Counted from the first letter of the stretch, positions 11,451 to 24,645 are shown. The stretch is 64,000 nt of DNA from Bacteroidales bacterium (GCA_018434395.1 JAHDPK010000025.1:8374-72373); one strand, 5' to 3'. Translations and numbers: made by a program. Notes: generated from the letters alone by a model not told the origin.

Positions 11451-13241
11451 ATGAGAAAAATGTTTAATATTAAATATATAATAATTGTATGTTTGACCTT
11501 TGCAGCTTTTTTACCCGTTGAATTAAATGCTCAGCAAAAAATTGATCCTACCCTCGAGGTCATGAGAGATTTTGACGCTTATTTGCTTGAAGTTCAAAAA
11601 TCAAAGATCAAACCAATTTTTCCTGATTCTATCAGTAAATTCAATCTTAATTTTGATTATTCAATATTCGACAAGCCTTTAGACAATCTTTACGAATTTT
11701 CTCCACTTCCTTCAGCTAAAATTGATTATGAAAGAGTAACAAATTATCCATTACTTTGGACAAACTTGGGAGTTAACTTTCCTTTTAATCCTCACATAGA
11801 TCTTGTTTTACAGCCAAAACTTCCTTCTAATTTTTTATTTGCACTCTATGGAGGATACAATTCATTCCTTGGAAAAGTCGACAGAATAGGAGTTGAAAAT
11901 GGAAAGGCAGTTAGAACTGATAATAAAATCTATTCTCCTGAATATAACGGTAACCTTGGATTAAAATTTAACTATAGTTACAAAAAAGGAGAAATAGGAT
12001 TAAAACTTCAGTTTGACAAAGCTATGTACAGCTTTTACGGAGGATGTGACAGTTCTTCACAGGACTTCACTTCTTACAAAAAAACCTTTCTTAAGGACAC
12101 CCTCTCCCACTCTTTCAACAGATTTGGAACTCATATTTATTTAAAGTCTACAAACGAACGACCTAATTACTTTTACTATGAACTTAATCTAAAGTACAGC
12201 TATATTGATGACAAAGTAAAATATTTAGAAATATTGCACCAATCTGATAACAATAATACAAAATACTCATTTAATGAGAATTACATGAATGTGAACGCGA
12301 CACTTGGACCAGTATTTGCCGAATTTCACAGGTTTCTTGTAGGGATAGACTATAAGGCTTCCAACAGTGTAACATCTTCAACCTTAGATAGATATTACGT
12401 TGAAGCATTCCCACGTTATGTTTTCAATCAGAATAGGTGGATTTTTGAAGTTGGACTTAAACTTGGAAAATACGTAGATGACTTTGGTGATGACTTTGAT
12501 TTTTTTCCAAAAGGGTCTTTATCCTATGAGCTTGCCAGAAAACGGGTTTGGCTCTATGCTTCACTTGATGGACATAGCGATTTTTACAGTTACAGCAGGC
12601 TGATGGACATTAATCCGTGGATAACACCATCGATTGATATTCAAAAAAGTTCGACTCCATGGATAGTTCAAGGTGGAATCAGGGGAAAAATAATTGACAA
12701 AATATCTTTCAATCTATGGATGGGATTTACAGATTACAACAAGTATTTGTCACTTTTTCACTACACCGACAGCATTACAGGAGTTATAAATACATTCCAG
12801 GCAAAATACTACGACATGCAAAAAATCTCTGCAGGAGGAGAACTTCTATGGAAATCAGATGCTGTAACAGCAGGAATAAACATTAAATACAATGATTACG
12901 AAAACGACGACAAGACACCTGTTTACAACCTTCCATCTTTTGATGCACTTATTTTCGGAAGATACAGTTGGCGTGAACGAATCATTGCATCTCTTTCAAT
13001 AAACCATAGATCAAAATTTGAAACAACCGAATTTAATAAGCTGCAAGAGACAACTTCCCCGGATACAATTATAACTATACCTTCTACTACATTTGTAAAT
13101 CTGGATGCAACATATGTTTTCAATAAGAATTTGTCATTCTATTTGAAACTTAATAATCTTTTGAATGCCAATGATTTTTCATATATATATTATGGGAACA
13201 CCGGTTTTGGTGTTGGTTTTGGCATAGCATTAAAAATTTGA
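11451..13241 (+). CDS. putative outer-membrane beta-barrel protein (porin-like)
   Basis: Signal peptide (…PVELNAQQ), alternating aromatic/polar beta-strand pattern and a Gly/aromatic-rich C-terminus (GNTGFGVGFGIALKI). Follows the TPR gene after a 19-nt gap. Confidence 0.55.
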   Translation: MRKMFNIKYIIIVCLTFAAFLPVELNAQQKIDPTLEVMRDFDAYLLEVQKSKIKPIFPDSISKFNLNFDYSIFDKPLDNLYEFSPLPSAKIDYERVTNYPLLWTNLGVNFPFNPHIDLVLQPKLPSNFLFALYGGYNSFLGKVDRIGVENGKAVRTDNKIYSPEYNGNLGLKFNYSYKKGEIGLKLQFDKAMYSFYGGCDSSSQDFTSYKKTFLKDTLSHSFNRFGTHIYLKSTNERPNYFYYELNLKYSYIDDKVKYLEILHQSDNNNTKYSFNENYMNVNATLGPVFAEFHRFLVGIDYKASNSVTSSTLDRYYVEAFPRYVFNQNRWIFEVGLKLGKYVDDFGDDFDFFPKGSLSYELARKRVWLYASLDGHSDFYSYSRLMDINPWITPSIDIQKSSTPWIVQGGIRGKIIDKISFNLWMGFTDYNKYLSLFHYTDSITGVINTFQAKYYDMQKISAGGELLWKSDAVTAGINIKYNDYENDDKTPVYNLPSFDALIFGRYSWRERIIASLSINHRSKFETTEFNKLQETTSPDTIITIPSTTFVNLDATYVFNKNLSFYLKLNNLLNANDFSYIYYGNTGFGVGFGIALKI

Positions 13242-13333
13242 TAATTAAACAATTACAAATATTACAACTCTTAGTATTGTTTGAAAAATTATTAGGATTT
13301 TTTTAACGATTTAAGTAACTTTGTAACCTTTAA

Positions 13334-16271
<2,938 letters not shown>

Positions 16272-16286
16272 AATTAAATAAATCAC

Positions 16287-17540
16287 ATGGACATTTTTGA
16301 AAGAATAAACAATGATGAAGGAGGTCCACTCGGACAATACAGAAGCAAGGGTCATGGTTATTTTACTTATCCCAAGCTAGAAGGGCCCATACAACCTAAA
16401 ATGATTTTTGACGGAAAAGAGGTTCTCGCATGGACATTCAACAATTACCTTGGTTTGGCAAATGATCCTGAAGTCAGAAAAGTTGACGCAGAAGCCGCTG
16501 CACAATGGGGACTTGGTTATCCTATGGGTGCACGCATGATGTCCGGACACACAAAATATCATGAACAACTCGAAAGAGAACTTGCTGATTTTGAGCTCAA
16601 AGAAGATGCTTTTCTATTTAATTTTGGCTATCAGGGAATGGTTTCAACAATCGATGCGCTTGTTAACAGACATGATATAATTGTTTATGATTCAGAAGCC
16701 CACGCATGTATAATGGATGGGGTCAGACTCCACATGGGGCAGAGAATCGTTTATCCTCACAACAATATAGAAAAATGTGAAAAAGCTCTGATAAGGGCTA
16801 CAAAACTGACAGAAGAGACAGGAGGCGGGATTTTACTTATTACTGAGGGTGTTTATGGAATGACGGGAGCATTAGGGATACTCGACAAAATAGTCGAACT
16901 CAAAAAAAAGTATAAATTCAGGATACTCATCGATGATGCCCATGGATTTGGAGTAATGGGAGCTAATGGCAGGGGTACATCCGAGCATTTTAATGTTATG
17001 GATGACATCGACCTCTACTTTGGAGCATTTGCAAAATCTATGGCCTCAATAGGCGGCTTTGTAGCCGGACCAAGAAATATCATCAACTATTTACGTTACA
17101 ATGCCCGTTCTCAAATTTACGCAAAAGCTCTTCCAATGCCTTTTGTTATAGGTAATTTGAAACGTCTCGAGCTCATCCGTACAAGACCTGAACTTCGCGA
17201 AAAACTTTGGACTATTACAAGAGCACTGCAGAACGGACTAAGAGAAAGAGGATTTGATATAGGCGAGGCAGAAGCTTGTGTTACTCCTGTTTTCATTAAA
17301 GCCGACGTTGTTGAAGCAACTAACATAATCATTGATCTTAGAGATAATTATAAGATTTTTTGCTCTGTAGTAGTTTATCCTGTAGTTCCCAGAGGCGTGA
17401 TAATGTTTAGGATTATTCCTACAGCAATGCATTCTCTCGATGATGTTCAATATACTCTTGATGTATTTTCCAAAATTTCCGTGAAGCTCAAAAACGGTGC
17501 ATACAAAGGTACTGAGATTGAAAATAAGGCAATTGAATAA
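16287..17540 (+). CDS. PLP-dependent alpha-oxoamine synthase family acyltransferase (serine palmitoyltransferase / cysteate acyltransferase / KBL-like)
   Basis: 417 aa. AONS-family layout (NNYLGL, DDAHGFG, FAKSMASIGGF with the PLP lysine). Confidence 0.8.
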   Translation: MDIFERINNDEGGPLGQYRSKGHGYFTYPKLEGPIQPKMIFDGKEVLAWTFNNYLGLANDPEVRKVDAEAAAQWGLGYPMGARMMSGHTKYHEQLERELADFELKEDAFLFNFGYQGMVSTIDALVNRHDIIVYDSEAHACIMDGVRLHMGQRIVYPHNNIEKCEKALIRATKLTEETGGGILLITEGVYGMTGALGILDKIVELKKKYKFRILIDDAHGFGVMGANGRGTSEHFNVMDDIDLYFGAFAKSMASIGGFVAGPRNIINYLRYNARSQIYAKALPMPFVIGNLKRLELIRTRPELREKLWTITRALQNGLRERGFDIGEAEACVTPVFIKADVVEATNIIIDLRDNYKIFCSVVVYPVVPRGVIMFRIIPTAMHSLDDVQYTLDVFSKISVKLKNGAYKGTEIENKAIE

Positions 17541-17561
17541 AAATAATCTTTTCTTGCTTTC

Positions 17562-18374
17562 ATGTTTGAGTTGAAAGACAAAGTTGTTATTGTGACCGGA
17601 GCCACTTCGGGGATTGGTCTGGCTGCCGTTAAAGCTTTTGCATCCGAAGGTGCAAAAGTTGTCATGGCAGCCAGACGATTAGACAAATTGCTCGAAATTG
17701 AGAAACAGTTGTCAGGAGTTACCGAAACACTTGTAGTCAAAACTGACGTGTCACTCGAAGAAGATTGCAAAAATCTCGTTGAACAGACGATTAAACGATT
17801 CAGTAGAATAGATGTACTTGTAAACAATGCAGGGATATCTATGAGAGCACTTTTTATCGATTTAGACCTTTCGGTTATCAAAAGATTGATGGATGTAAAT
17901 TTTTGGGGTACAGTATATTGTACGAAATATGCTTTGCCCTATATTTTAAAAAACCATGGTTCTATTATTGGAGTGATATCAATTGCCGGTTTTAAAGGTC
18001 TACCAGCTCGTACAGGATACTCTGCATCAAAATTTGCAATTTATGGCTTTCTCGAAACTCTCAGAATAGAACATTTAAAAGACAATCTGCATGTAATGAT
18101 TTTTGCTCCAGGGTTTACTGCATCAAATATCAGAGAAGAAGCACTTGTCTCCGACGGGAGCCGACAGGGAGAAACTCCAAGAGATGAATCATCGATGATG
18201 ACGGCAGAAGATTGTGTCAAACATTTGATTAAGGGCATAAAGAAACGAAAATCCCAAGTTATTTTGACACCAATTGGTAAACTTACAGTACTTATAAATA
18301 AATTCTTTCCCCGTTTGGTAGATAGACTTGAGTACAACTACATGAAAAAAGAACCAGATTCTCCGTTAAAATAA
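17562..18374 (+). CDS. short-chain dehydrogenase/reductase (SDR)
   Basis: TGATSGIGLA cofactor motif, NNAG, catalytic YSASK. Confidence 0.85.
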   Translation: MFELKDKVVIVTGATSGIGLAAVKAFASEGAKVVMAARRLDKLLEIEKQLSGVTETLVVKTDVSLEEDCKNLVEQTIKRFSRIDVLVNNAGISMRALFIDLDLSVIKRLMDVNFWGTVYCTKYALPYILKNHGSIIGVISIAGFKGLPARTGYSASKFAIYGFLETLRIEHLKDNLHVMIFAPGFTASNIREEALVSDGSRQGETPRDESSMMTAEDCVKHLIKGIKKRKSQVILTPIGKLTVLINKFFPRLVDRLEYNYMKKEPDSPLK

Positions 18375-18376
18375 TA

Positions 18377-19312
18377 TTATATTTTAAAAAATGACTTAAT
18401 ATTCTCTGCTATTTTGGAAGCAAGCAGTGTTCGTGCCTGAATACTTGCCCATCCAACATGTGGAGTTAATAATATTCTGTCACTATTTTTTATCCTAAGA
18501 TATGGATGGTCCACAGGTAGTGGCTCTTTTTCATATACATCAACTGCAGCACCAGCAATTACACCTTCATCAATAGCCCTTGCCAGATCAGCCTCGTTGA
18601 TTATACCCCCTCTGCCAATATTCACAATAATTGCAGAATTTTTCATCATCCTTAACTCTTTGATAGTGATCAAATTTTTTGTTCTGTCGTTAAGTGGCGA
18701 ATGAATAGATATTATGTCCGAAGTACCCAAAAGTTCATTCAGCTTAACCATGGGATAATCCTTACAATGAGCAACACCTGACGTAGAGTAATACTGAACT
18801 TTCGCCCCAAATGCAGTAGCTATTCTCGCAACGTTTTTTCCAATGTCGCCCATACCGATAATTCCAAACACCATTGTATTTAGTTCTGAAAATTGTCTTT
18901 GAAGATTGGAATACATCTTTCCCCTGCTATACTCTCCACTCTTGACAAAGGAATCAAAATAGAAAATATGATCAAGCAATGCCAAAATCAGCGAGAATGT
19001 AATCTGTGTAACGCTTTCAGTGGAATATCCCTTCACATTTTTTACAGGAATTCCCTTAGACAAGGCATATTCTACATCAATATTATTGGTGCCGGTAGCA
19101 GCCACACATATTAACTTGAGTCTTGGAGCAGCATCAATTTCAGGTTTGCCTATTACAACTTTATTGACTATAACCACCTCTGCATCAGATATTCTTGACA
19201 CCACTTCATCTGGAGATGTTAACGGCCAGCCATGGTAGTCCCCTAACTCTTCAAAAGGCTTAAATGAGATGTCATCTCCCATTGTAGCCTGATCTAAAAA
19301 AACTATCTTCAT
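18377..19312 (-). CDS. D-isomer-specific 2-hydroxyacid dehydrogenase (glycerate dehydrogenase-like)
   Basis: 311 aa. NAD motif GIIGMGDIGKNVA, NIGRGG, and catalytic-type TPHVGWAS near the C-terminus. Confidence 0.85.
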   Translation of the reverse strand: MKIVFLDQATMGDDISFKPFEELGDYHGWPLTSPDEVVSRISDAEVVIVNKVVIGKPEIDAAPRLKLICVAATGTNNIDVEYALSKGIPVKNVKGYSTESVTQITFSLILALLDHIFYFDSFVKSGEYSRGKMYSNLQRQFSELNTMVFGIIGMGDIGKNVARIATAFGAKVQYYSTSGVAHCKDYPMVKLNELLGTSDIISIHSPLNDRTKNLITIKELRMMKNSAIIVNIGRGGIINEADLARAIDEGVIAGAAVDVYEKEPLPVDHPYLRIKNSDRILLTPHVGWASIQARTLLASKIAENIKSFFKI

Positions 19313-19321
19313 AAAACCAAC

Positions 19322-19343
19322 AAAGCCGTCTACTAACGGCTTT
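19322..19343 (-). terminator. hairpin downstream of tRNA-Leu (possible terminator)
   Basis: Perfect 8-bp stem aaagccgt/acggcttt with a 6-nt loop, followed on the minus strand by GTTGGTTTTAT. Confidence 0.35.
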
Positions 19344-19364
19344 CAAATTTTGTTAAAGTTAAAG

Positions 19365-19448
19365 TGCCCAGAACAAGACTCGAACTTGCACACCGAAACC
19401 GGCACTACCCCCTCAAAGTAGCGTGTCTACCAATTCCACCATCTGGGC
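19365..19448 (-). tRNA. tRNA-Leu (anticodon GAG)
   Basis: Reverse complement GCCCAGATGGTGGAATTGGTAGACACGCTACTTTGAGGGGGTAGTGCCGGTTTCGGTGTGCAAGTTCGAGTCTTGTTCTGGGCA folds as a cloverleaf. It has a 7-bp acceptor stem, anticodon loop TTGAGGG, long variable arm and GTTCGAGTC T-loop. No encoded CCA. Confidence 0.9.
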
Positions 19449-19538
19449 TTGTGATTGGGACTGCAAATATACTCTCTTTTTTTATTTTTAAAAATTTTTA
19501 AATTATTCGTAACTTAGCATCAAATAATAAAATTAGAA

Positions 19539-20111
19539 ATGAACGAAAATTTCAGAAAACAGATTTCTAATATTGAAGATCTTGTTGAAATTAGTGAAAT
19601 ATTGTCAGAAAGCACTGTTTTGCTTGAGAGTATATCAAAATACATGAAACATCCTTTTGATCCACAATTTTCTAAGGATGGACATCATATTCCAATGAAT
19701 TTCGATAAAAAAGGTGATACTATCTATCTTCTCGGAGAATATCACGACAGGGACGAAGAGGCAGATAATAGCTCAAACATTGAGATCCTTTACGATGCCA
19801 TTGAACACAAGCTTGTTACAAGTGCTCATCAACTTAAGGGTAAAGGCCTTTTTTGTGGTCTGGTAGAGGCATGTGCTGTCAAAAAACTGGGGTTTGACAT
19901 CACTTCTGATTCTGAAATGTCTGAAAAAGATTTTTTATTTGACGATCGGAACCCTGCCATTTTGGTAAGCGTAGATGGCAACCAGGAGGATAAATTTGTT
20001 GATTACATGTTCAATAATGGGGTTAGGCTGACTCTTCTCGGTCATGTCACAAAGGGAGAAATGAGGCTTGATGATCTCTCTTTTGGATTCATAAACAGCT
20101 TTATTGAATAA
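19539..20111 (+). CDS. stand-alone PurM/PurL C-terminal-domain-like (AIR synthase-related) protein
   Basis: 190 aa. GDTIYLLGE ... VTSAHQLKGKGLFCGLVEACA ... ILVSV ... LTLLGHVT mirrors the PurL/PurM C-terminal domain pattern, but the usual SAHDxSDGGL is altered. Confidence 0.5.
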   Translation: MNENFRKQISNIEDLVEISEILSESTVLLESISKYMKHPFDPQFSKDGHHIPMNFDKKGDTIYLLGEYHDRDEEADNSSNIEILYDAIEHKLVTSAHQLKGKGLFCGLVEACAVKKLGFDITSDSEMSEKDFLFDDRNPAILVSVDGNQEDKFVDYMFNNGVRLTLLGHVTKGEMRLDDLSFGFINSFIE

Positions 20112-20830
20112 TGAAAAGAGAGCTGAGTAAGGAGTATTCAAGAATTTCCTCCATGTTCAACTCAATTTCAGGCAAGTATGATTTCTTAAACCACTTGCTC
20201 TCTTTTGGAATTGATAAAACTTGGAGAAATAAGCTTGTTAGAAGATTGAAGAATATTCCTTCACGCAGCAAAGTACTCGATATAGGATGTGGAACCGGCG
20301 ACCTTACAATAGCTTTGTATAAAGCAGGATTTGAAACAGTGGGTTTGGATATTGCAGATAAAATGTTGAAAATTGCCAAAAAAAAAAGTAGCTGTCTTAA
20401 TAAAAAAGATATTCCAAACCCTCAATTTTTTGAGGGGAATGCTGAAAATCTTCCTTTTGGTGATTATGTTTTTGATGCGGTCACAATCTCATTCGGGATT
20501 AGAAATTTTGATGACAGGGAGAAAGCTTTAAAAGAGATCTTCAGAGTTCTCAAAAACAATGGTAAACTTGCTATTCTTGAGTTTTCTGAACCCAAAAACA
20601 GACTTTGGAGAAATTTATACAAAATCTATTTTACCGGACTATTACCATTTATTGGAAGACTAATTTCCAAGGATACAGAAGCATATAAATACCTCCCTGA
20701 CTCTGTAAGAGATTTTCCACAATACGAGGATTTTTGCAACGAAATAAGCATGACTGGGTTTTCAAATATTATTTACAAACCTCTTACAGGAGGAATTGCT
20801 ACATTATATATTGCGGATAAATTGGGGTAA
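20111..20830 (+). CDS. ubiE: demethylmenaquinone methyltransferase UbiE/MenG
   Basis: FNSISGKYDFLNHLLSFGIDKTWR N-terminus, SAM motif VLDIGCGTGD and ISFGIRNF. Confidence 0.9.
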   Translation: MKRELSKEYSRISSMFNSISGKYDFLNHLLSFGIDKTWRNKLVRRLKNIPSRSKVLDIGCGTGDLTIALYKAGFETVGLDIADKMLKIAKKKSSCLNKKDIPNPQFFEGNAENLPFGDYVFDAVTISFGIRNFDDREKALKEIFRVLKNNGKLAILEFSEPKNRLWRNLYKIYFTGLLPFIGRLISKDTEAYKYLPDSVRDFPQYEDFCNEISMTGFSNIIYKPLTGGIATLYIADKLG

Positions 20831-20850
20831 CTGAGATCATATCGATTGTT

Positions 20851-22299
20851 TTGTATTCAGTATATTATCTTCTGGCAGTTATCTTTTCAGCCAGCATAAT
20901 GTACAAGAGACTTGACCCTGTTAAGTCTCTTTCTTGGATAGTTGTCATACTGTTTCTTCCATATATCGGACTTTTCCTCTATTTGTTCTTTGGACAAAAC
21001 TTCCGTAAAACCAAAATATACAGCAGAAAGGGAGTCAGAGACGAGAGACTGAGGAGATTGATGAGCCATAGACAAATGAAGCTTTTCAGAGACAGTCCCG
21101 AAAGCGTTCCTGCCGAACTGCATAAATTCAGGAAACTGATCTTTCTAAATCTTAACGGTAATAGAAGTGTTGTCGGAAAAAACAGTAACGTTGAGACATT
21201 CTTCTCCGGCAAAGATGCACTCGACTCAATGTACAACTCTATTCTTGAAGCAAAGCAGCACATACATCTTCAGTCATACATTATTGTAGATGATACCACC
21301 GGTAATAGATTTAAATCTCTTCTGATTTCCAAGGCAAAAGAGGGTGTTGAGGTCAGAATAATATATGATTACGTTGGAAGCTGGCATCTCAAAAAGGAAT
21401 TTGTTGAAGAGATGCAACAGGCAGGCATTGAAGTCTTAGTTTTTGCTCCCGTAAGGTTTCCGACACTTACTTCAAAAGTCAATTATAGAAATCACAGGAA
21501 AATTCTTATCGTAGACGGATACATTGGATTTCTTGGCGGTGTAAATATAGCCGACAGATATTATGATGGAGGTAATTTTATAGAGTGGCGCGATACTCAT
21601 ATCAAAATTATGGGAGAATCTGTTGCCTCACTTCAGTCAAGTTTTTTGCTCGACAGGTATTTCATTCTTCACAAACAGCTTAAGCGCAAAAAAAAATATT
21701 TCCCTTCCATTCACCCTGCAGGTTACAATCAATCTGAAGAGATTGAAAAACCTGTTTACGCTCAAATCATAACTTCAGGACCTGACAGCGATTGGGCAAG
21801 CATCATGCAGTGTTATTTTCAAGCAATCGCTGAAGCCAAAAAAAGCATTCATATTATTACGCCTTACTTTACACCTAATGCATCTCTCCTCGATGCCCTG
21901 AAGATAGCCGCCCTTTGTGGATTGGATGTTTCAATAATGATTCCGGAAAAGAGCGACACAGTTTTAGGCCATTGGGGAACTATGTCCTATGCAACAGAAC
22001 TTCTTGAAGCCGGAGTAAAAGTTTACATTTTCAGGAGAGGATTTAATCATTCAAAAGTTATATCGATTGACGGAGAATTTTGCATAATAGGTTCGGCCAA
22101 TTTTGATAACAGGTCTCTTGAACACAATTTTGAAATTACCAGTATAATCTATAATCGATACGTCACTGAAAAAATAGATCACCAATTTATCAAAGACATA
22201 GAAAGATGCAAATCTCTCGCAAGTTCAAAGTGGGCTAAACGAAGCGTGAAAAATCAAATAAAGGAAGCTTTTGCCAGACTTTTAAGTCCACTTATCTAG
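20851..22299 (+). CDS. cls: cardiolipin synthase
   Basis: Two N-terminal TM helices and two HKD motifs (NHRKILIVDG; NHSKVISIDGE...GSANFDNRS). Confidence 0.9.
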   Translation: MYSVYYLLAVIFSASIMYKRLDPVKSLSWIVVILFLPYIGLFLYLFFGQNFRKTKIYSRKGVRDERLRRLMSHRQMKLFRDSPESVPAELHKFRKLIFLNLNGNRSVVGKNSNVETFFSGKDALDSMYNSILEAKQHIHLQSYIIVDDTTGNRFKSLLISKAKEGVEVRIIYDYVGSWHLKKEFVEEMQQAGIEVLVFAPVRFPTLTSKVNYRNHRKILIVDGYIGFLGGVNIADRYYDGGNFIEWRDTHIKIMGESVASLQSSFLLDRYFILHKQLKRKKKYFPSIHPAGYNQSEEIEKPVYAQIITSGPDSDWASIMQCYFQAIAEAKKSIHIITPYFTPNASLLDALKIAALCGLDVSIMIPEKSDTVLGHWGTMSYATELLEAGVKVYIFRRGFNHSKVISIDGEFCIIGSANFDNRSLEHNFEITSIIYNRYVTEKIDHQFIKDIERCKSLASSKWAKRSVKNQIKEAFARLLSPLI

Positions 22300-22464
22300 C
22301 TAAAAGTTAGCGCAATCTGAAAATATTTACATTATTTTGATATTTTATTTGGGGTAAATGCCTATAAAAGTGTATTTAATATAGGAAAAACATTTTAAAC
22401 CTTTTTTTATTAATTGCGTCAAAAAGCATCCATTATTAATATATTTGGAAAAATAATTAATCAT

Positions 22465-24618
22465 ATGTTGAGAAAAAGTATCAAATTAACACTGCTGCTC
22501 TTATTGCTTGCTGGAAGCATTAATGCCCAAATCAAAAATCCTGTTAAATGGAAAATTGAATATAAAGAAAATGGAAATAATGTCTATGACATCATATTCA
22601 ATGCTACAATTGAAGAAGGATGGCATCTTTACGATTTAGGACCCTACAATGATGGTCCCAATCCTACTCAGTTCTATTTTGATGAAAGTAAAAGTTACAA
22701 GAGAGTCGGAAATGTAAAAATGTTAATTCAACCAAAAGTTGAGTTTGACGAAATGTTTCAGATCAAAATCGGATATTTTCTCAACAGGGCTCAATTTGCA
22801 CAGTCTATCCAGGTTTTATCGAAAGATTCTGTTACTGTTAAGGGATATGTTGAATGGATGGTGTGCGATAATGGTTCATGCCTGCCCCCTACAGAATATG
22901 AGTTTGCAGTAAAGCTTCCAGGAGCCAAAGGGACTGTTGCGACAGCAATAGATACTAAATCAACAGGTAATGCAGTACCCAAGTCTGCAAGTGCTGCTGT
23001 TACAACAACAGACAACACAACAGCTACAGATAAAAAAGAAGAGAGTATTGCTCAATTAGATACATCAACGATAACTCCTGTTGAGGCTGGTATACCAGCA
23101 ACAATTGGTGACAGTAACCAGAAAAAATCCATTTGGGGAGTTGTTCTCGAAGCAATCTTATGGGGTTTTATTGCCCTGCTAACTCCATGTGTTTTTCCTA
23201 TGGTGCCTATGACTGTTTCTTTTTTCCTTAAAAACAGTCAAGCCGAAGAAGGAAAAAGTTCCAAATCGAAAGGCAAAATTATGGCCTCTTTTTATGGCTT
23301 GTTTATCGTTGCACTTTATACACTGCCAATTGCAATAATTATACTTGTCACCTATTTTGCCGGCGGAGAAGCAGTAACAGCAGATATTTTTAACTGGCTG
23401 GCGACACATTGGCTTCCAAATATTATATTCTTCCTGGTATTCATGATTTTCGCAGCTTCATTTTTTGGCGCCTTTGAAATTACCTTACCAAGTTGGATGG
23501 TCAATAAATCAGATACCAAATCTGACAAGGGAGGATTAATTGGAGTATTTTTCATGGCCCTTACACTTGTTCTTGTATCTTTCTCATGTACAGGACCTAT
23601 TGTAGGTACAATACTCATCAAGTCTACTCAAGGAGAAATATGGGAACCAATTATTACAATGTTTGCATTTTCAGTGGCATTTGCTCTTCCCTTCACAATA
23701 TTTGCCTTTGCACCTTCACTTCTTAAAGATCTTCCTAAATCTGGCGGATGGCTAAACTCTGTGAAGGTAGTATTAGGTTTTATTGAAGTTGCGCTTGGAT
23801 TCAAATTTCTTAGTGTCGCAGATCAGACTTATCATTGGGGCATACTCGACAGAGAGGTGTACCTTGCAATTTGGATTGTAGTATTTACCTTGCTTGGCTT
23901 TTATCTTCTTGGCAAGATAAGATTTGCTTATGACACTCCAATTGATCATATTGGCGTAGGGCGTCTAACACTCTCAATTATAGTTTTCACTTTTGTTGTT
24001 TACATGATACCGGGAATGTGGGGAGCTCCTCTCAAAGCTCTTTCAGGCTATATGCCGCCACAGAGTTCTCAAGACTTCAATCTCTATCAAGAAAGGCATG
24101 CAGGAGCAGGAGATGGCGAAGATTTAACAAGTATAACAAACAATACTCAACCACCTTTCACCGCAAAATACAGTGATTTTCTACATCTTCCACATGGTCT
24201 TCAAGGTTTCTTCGAATATGACGAGGCTATTGCATATGCCAAAAAAGTAGGAAAACCACTTTTTGTTGATTTTACAGGACACGGTTGTGTAAATTGTAGG
24301 GAAATGGAAGCAAGAGTGTGGTCAGACCCAAGAGTTTTGAAACTGCTAAGAGAGAAATTCGTGATACTCGCACTTTACGCTGATGATAAGAAGGAAGCTG
24401 ATGAGAAAGACTGGGTTACAAACGAAAGCGGTCGTATTCTCAAAAGTATAGGTAAAATAAATTCCCATCTTGCAATGACTAAATTTAACGTCAATGCACA
24501 ACCATATTATGCAATACTTAATCCATATACAGAAGAGCCTATAACTCAACCAAGAGGGTATGATCTTGATGTGGAAAATTTCTTAGAATTCCTTAAATCC
24601 GGATCCGAGGTTAAATAA
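22465..24618 (+). CDS. thiol:disulfide interchange protein DsbD-like (N-terminal domain + DsbD membrane core + thioredoxin domain)
   Basis: Signal peptide; CDNGSCLPP (DsbD-alpha-like); membrane core with TPCVFPMVP and SFSCTGPIVG; C-terminal thioredoxin fold GHGCVNC. The ATG at 22465 is preferred over the track start at 22414. Confidence 0.85.
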   Translation: MLRKSIKLTLLLLLLAGSINAQIKNPVKWKIEYKENGNNVYDIIFNATIEEGWHLYDLGPYNDGPNPTQFYFDESKSYKRVGNVKMLIQPKVEFDEMFQIKIGYFLNRAQFAQSIQVLSKDSVTVKGYVEWMVCDNGSCLPPTEYEFAVKLPGAKGTVATAIDTKSTGNAVPKSASAAVTTTDNTTATDKKEESIAQLDTSTITPVEAGIPATIGDSNQKKSIWGVVLEAILWGFIALLTPCVFPMVPMTVSFFLKNSQAEEGKSSKSKGKIMASFYGLFIVALYTLPIAIIILVTYFAGGEAVTADIFNWLATHWLPNIIFFLVFMIFAASFFGAFEITLPSWMVNKSDTKSDKGGLIGVFFMALTLVLVSFSCTGPIVGTILIKSTQGEIWEPIITMFAFSVAFALPFTIFAFAPSLLKDLPKSGGWLNSVKVVLGFIEVALGFKFLSVADQTYHWGILDREVYLAIWIVVFTLLGFYLLGKIRFAYDTPIDHIGVGRLTLSIIVFTFVVYMIPGMWGAPLKALSGYMPPQSSQDFNLYQERHAGAGDGEDLTSITNNTQPPFTAKYSDFLHLPHGLQGFFEYDEAIAYAKKVGKPLFVDFTGHGCVNCREMEARVWSDPRVLKLLREKFVILALYADDKKEADEKDWVTNESGRILKSIGKINSHLAMTKFNVNAQPYYAILNPYTEEPITQPRGYDLDVENFLEFLKSGSEVK

Positions 24619-24645
24619 TAGTACCACTAACTAATGCAAAAATTT

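Noticed and set aside
17447-17881. Long ORFs antisense to or out of frame with confident genes. These include 5889-6576, 17447-17881, 33975-34391, 47502-48235, 48666-48968, 49423-49719, 51653-52028, 56076-56573 and 59105-59470.
   Set aside because: Each lies entirely inside a well-supported gene on the other strand or in another frame. Their composition is hydrophobic or Ser/Leu-rich, as expected for reverse-frame translation of AT-rich genes. None has a recognisable motif.
20378-20387. A10 homopolymer inside ubiE (and A9 in cls at about 21687) as possible phase-variation tracts
   Set aside because: Homopolymers encoding lysine runs are common in AT-rich genomes. The genes are housekeeping, and there is no evidence of variable length.
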